The position numbers were made by a program, and so were the translations under genes. A stretch of 62,551 bases of DNA, the filler included, from Diploschistes diacapsis (Eukaryota), in NCBI GenBank assembly GCA_023645945.1. It is 21 parts of 21 records of this genome, joined end to end, with 100 filler letters (N's around TTAATTAATTAA, not from the genome) between each part and the next. Parts side by side here need not be neighbours in the genome. Positions count along the whole stretch, not along the records: positions 58,790 to 60,620 come from JALAIB010002574.1; positions 60,721 to 62,551 come from JALAIB010002575.1; 19 more parts are not named here. One strand, given 5' to 3'. Of this stretch, positions 59,850 through 62,551 are shown piece after piece (the first letter of the stretch is position 1; each line of letters opens with the position of its first letter). The notes under the pieces are model-generated. The model ran no database searches. It saw only the letters and a program-made list of their open reading frames with translations, and had not been told where the DNA came from.

Positions 59850-60520
59850 TAGGCTGGCCGTTTCGTGCCACGGTCACTGACACGGATACTATAGCAAAAA
59901 TTTTCAAAACACGGATACTAACACGGACTAGGCTGGCCGTTACTGATACTGACACGGCCGTGTCAGTGACACGGATATTGATAATGTCAATATCCGTGTT
60001 TTAGATTTTTTAGCTACGATGTCTGTGTCCGTAGATTTACGGAAGTGCAATATTCGTATTAATATTAATATTTTAAAATTTTTAATTATAATATCCGTGT
60101 TCGTGTTTTTATTATAGTATAATATCCGTGTTAATGTTCGTGTCGAAAAAATTTTTATTGCGATGTCCGTGTCCGTGCATTTATCGAAATATTTTAAATT
60201 ATTTTTTTAATTTTAATAATTTTAGAATTATTACGTTTATTTCTTACGCTTTTATTTTTTTAAAAATTTTTTATTGCGGTGTTTCGGTGGATTTACCGTA
60301 ATATTTCGGTGGATTTACGGAAATATAGTATCCGTGTTAATATTAATATTTTAAAAATTTTAATTATAATGTCCGTGTTCGTGTTTTTATTATAATGTAG
60401 TATTCGTGTTAATGTTCGTATTTTAAAATTTTAGCTATCGTGTCCGTGTTAGTGTCCGTGTTTAAAAAATTTTTGTTATAGTGTCCGTGTCAGTGACCGT
60501 GGCACGAAACGGCCAGCCTA
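59850..60520. mobile_element. Family D composite (short end 59850-59928 plus full unit 59929-60520)
   Basis: Three TAGGCTGGCCGT termini and dense CCGTGT arrays. Confidence 0.85.
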
Positions 60521-60955
60521 TTCTAGATATTTTTAAAAATAACGTCGTATTAGACGCGAAGTTCTTAAAGACGTTTTAAAAACGGACGTAGAATTTCTAA
60601 CGCCGCGACGTCGGCTTTCTNNNNNNNNNNNNNNNNNNNNNNNNNNNNNNNNNNNNNNNNNNNNTTAATTAATTAANNNNNNNNNNNNNNNNNNNNNNNN
60701 NNNNNNNNNNNNNNNNNNNNCTTTTATATAAGATAGATAATTGATTGAAAAGTAATATTTTGAAAAAAAATAAAAATCACGATTAATTTCGAAGAATTAT
60801 TGAAGATTTAAACTATTTCTTTGCAAAAGTGGCCGGAATCTGGGGGTGGCCGGAATCCCCGTGAAACACATTAGATTAATTATGTATTAACTTAACTTTT
60901 TAATAATAAATACGATGTTTAATCTCGAATAAACCGTTAAATATATAATGTTACT

Positions 60956-61830
60956 TGTTTAGCAACGTAATGGATATATTAAAGTCTAGAGGTCTATCTA
61001 GGAGGTTATCCTACTTTGCAGACTTTTATCCTTATAGGATACGCTAAGCCCTATTACCTACACTATTCCTAAACCGGTCTAGTTGAGATTCCAGAATGTT
61101 CAACTGAACTGAATCTCGGAGTTCAGCTGAACTAAACTTCTCTCTAGAACTCAGTCGTATTTCTAATCATACCTTCTATTTATCTACTTAATACTCTCTC
61201 ACAGGCGGAATCGTTCGGTATATTTATGTAGTTCAATTGGATATTGGAACATCCTGAACGTTTGTGGGTTCAAGGGTTGAACCCCGTAGGGCAGTAGGGC
61301 TGACCTGGGAGGTATTTATACCTCGCTACTGCCCACCTAGATAGTTCTTTCTTCACCATTTCGAATCTGAACCATTCAGCCTACAGATGCTTAGTTACAC
61401 GTAATCCTTCCGGATCAGGCTCAGCCCTCGGTAGTGTAGCACCTATTCCTGTAGGGGCGTTCTAGATATCTTTTAAATTAGATCAAGTTCTTTAATAAAG
61501 ATGTCGTGTTTCGAGTAATTTAATGGTTTCGTAAGCCTATTAGTAATCATTTTATCGGTAAAGATATAAAATATTTTAATACGTTCTTGCTTAATAAGAT
61601 CTCGTACGTGATGATAAGTAATATCGACGTATTTTGAACGATCGTTGATCTTTACGTGCTTTATTAAGTCTAGGGAACCAATATTATCATCGAGTAAATT
61701 AATAGTATATAGAAATGATTTTATAAGGTCAAAATAATCAAATATTTTAAAAACTATAAGCATCATAAATCTTATTTAGCGGCGCGAGATAAATTAGTAT
61801 ACTTAGCTTTTATAATTGACGTTAAAATTA
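60956..61830 (-). mobile_element. Ty1/copia 3' end: RNase H remnant, PPT and 3' LTR C (60956-61193)
   Basis: ORF 61473-61766 reads DRSKYVDITYHHVRD...MITNRLTKPL. PPT-like GTGAGAGAG next to the LTR. Confidence 0.87.
61245..61464 (+). mobile_element. Solo LTR, family A, inserted in the copia 3' region
   Basis: TGGAAC...GTTCTA. TSD GATAT at 61240-61244 and 61465-61469. Confidence 0.92.
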
Positions 61831-61860
61831 AAGTTTACTTCTTATTTATGATATTGATTC

Positions 61861-62086
61861 ACCGCAATATTTCGGTAAATTTACGGAAATATAATGTCCG
61901 TATTAATATTAATGTTTTAAAATTTTTAATTATAGTATCCGTGTCCGTGCTTTTATTATAGTGTAATATCCGTGTCAGTATCCGTGTTTTAAAATTTTAG
62001 CTGTCGTGTCCGTGTCAGTGTCCGTGTTTTAAAAATTTTTGCTATAGTGTCCGTGTCAGTGACCGTGGCACGAAACGGCCAGCCTA
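61861..62086. mobile_element. Family D terminus
   Basis: Ends GTGGCACGAAACGGCCAGCCTA. Confidence 0.82.
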
Positions 62087-62308
62087 TTTATAAATTTAAA
62101 ACGTGTTTATTTTTATAAATATTTTTAATTATTACTCGAGATTAATTTATATTCGTTTATTTCTATTATTAGAAAGCCTTCTTTTTAAAAATAGTTTAAG
62201 ATTTATAACTGTTTTACCTTCTTCTCTTACTTGCACTCCTCTTCTAACAGAGACCAAACCTACCTTAACTCTACTCGTGTATACCTTGTATAGATAGAGA
62301 TCATAACA
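62087..62308 (+). mobile_element. LTR family B 3' half
   Basis: Ends GATAGAGATCATAACA. Confidence 0.82.
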
Positions 62309-62441
62309 AATAGCAAGCCCGCAGCCGCAGCGACAGGGTTGCCAAACCTTTCTATTAATAATGATGTAGATGGTTTATTGTAGATGGAAATGATCGCTAG
62401 GAATAATGAGAGGTGAAAGATGTTTTATAGATACTTTCATC

Positions 62442-62551
62442 TAGAACGCCCCTACAGGAATAGGTGCTACACTACCGGGGGCTGAGCCTGATCCGGAAGG
62501 ATTACGTGTAACTGGGCATCTGTAGGCTGAATGGTTCAGATTCGAAAAGGT
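62442..62551 (-). mobile_element. LTR family A (cut by window end)
   Basis: Matches 51273-51382 essentially exactly. Confidence 0.9.

Noticed and set aside
1858..60720. Regularly spaced TTAATTAATTAA palindromes resembling an array
   Set aside because: Always centred in 44+44 N; a synthetic six-frame-stop linker.

Overview
Eukaryotic DNA from a filamentous ascomycete (Pezizomycotina): short GT-AG introns with CTRAC-type branch points and AT-rich transposons degraded by RIP (repeat-induced point mutation). The window is not a contiguous locus. It is 21 contigs joined by 20 artificial 100-bp linkers (44 N + TTAATTAATTAA + 44 N), so adjacency across linkers has no biological meaning. One 23.7-kb gene-rich contig (7817-31542) encodes a secreted Kex2/Ste13-type precursor of a very cationic peptide, deoxyhypusine synthase, a DUF6536-like membrane protein, a Stm1-like RGG protein, a DUF3074-like protein, a Snt1-like SANT protein and a GPI-anchored wall protein. 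Three ~1.8-kb contigs carry single genes (DJ-1/PfpI-like protein, SCP-x-type thiolase, AMID-like oxidoreductase). The other short contigs are nested, RIP-mutated repeats: Ty3/gypsy (including a chromodomain), Ty1/copia, Tad1-like LINE, hAT, pogo/Fot1, MITEs and solo LTRs. The main observations are (i) the peptide precursor with four X-Ala/X-Pro spacers, (ii) a complete 1,267-bp non-coding TRIM-like LTR element with a 5-bp target duplication and a tRNA-independent, Tf1-style self-priming site, (iii) a RIP-inactivated SNF2-like helicase gene, and (iv) an Ac/Ds-like non-autonomous family with ACACGG arrays. All family assignments come from motifs read by eye; no searches were run.
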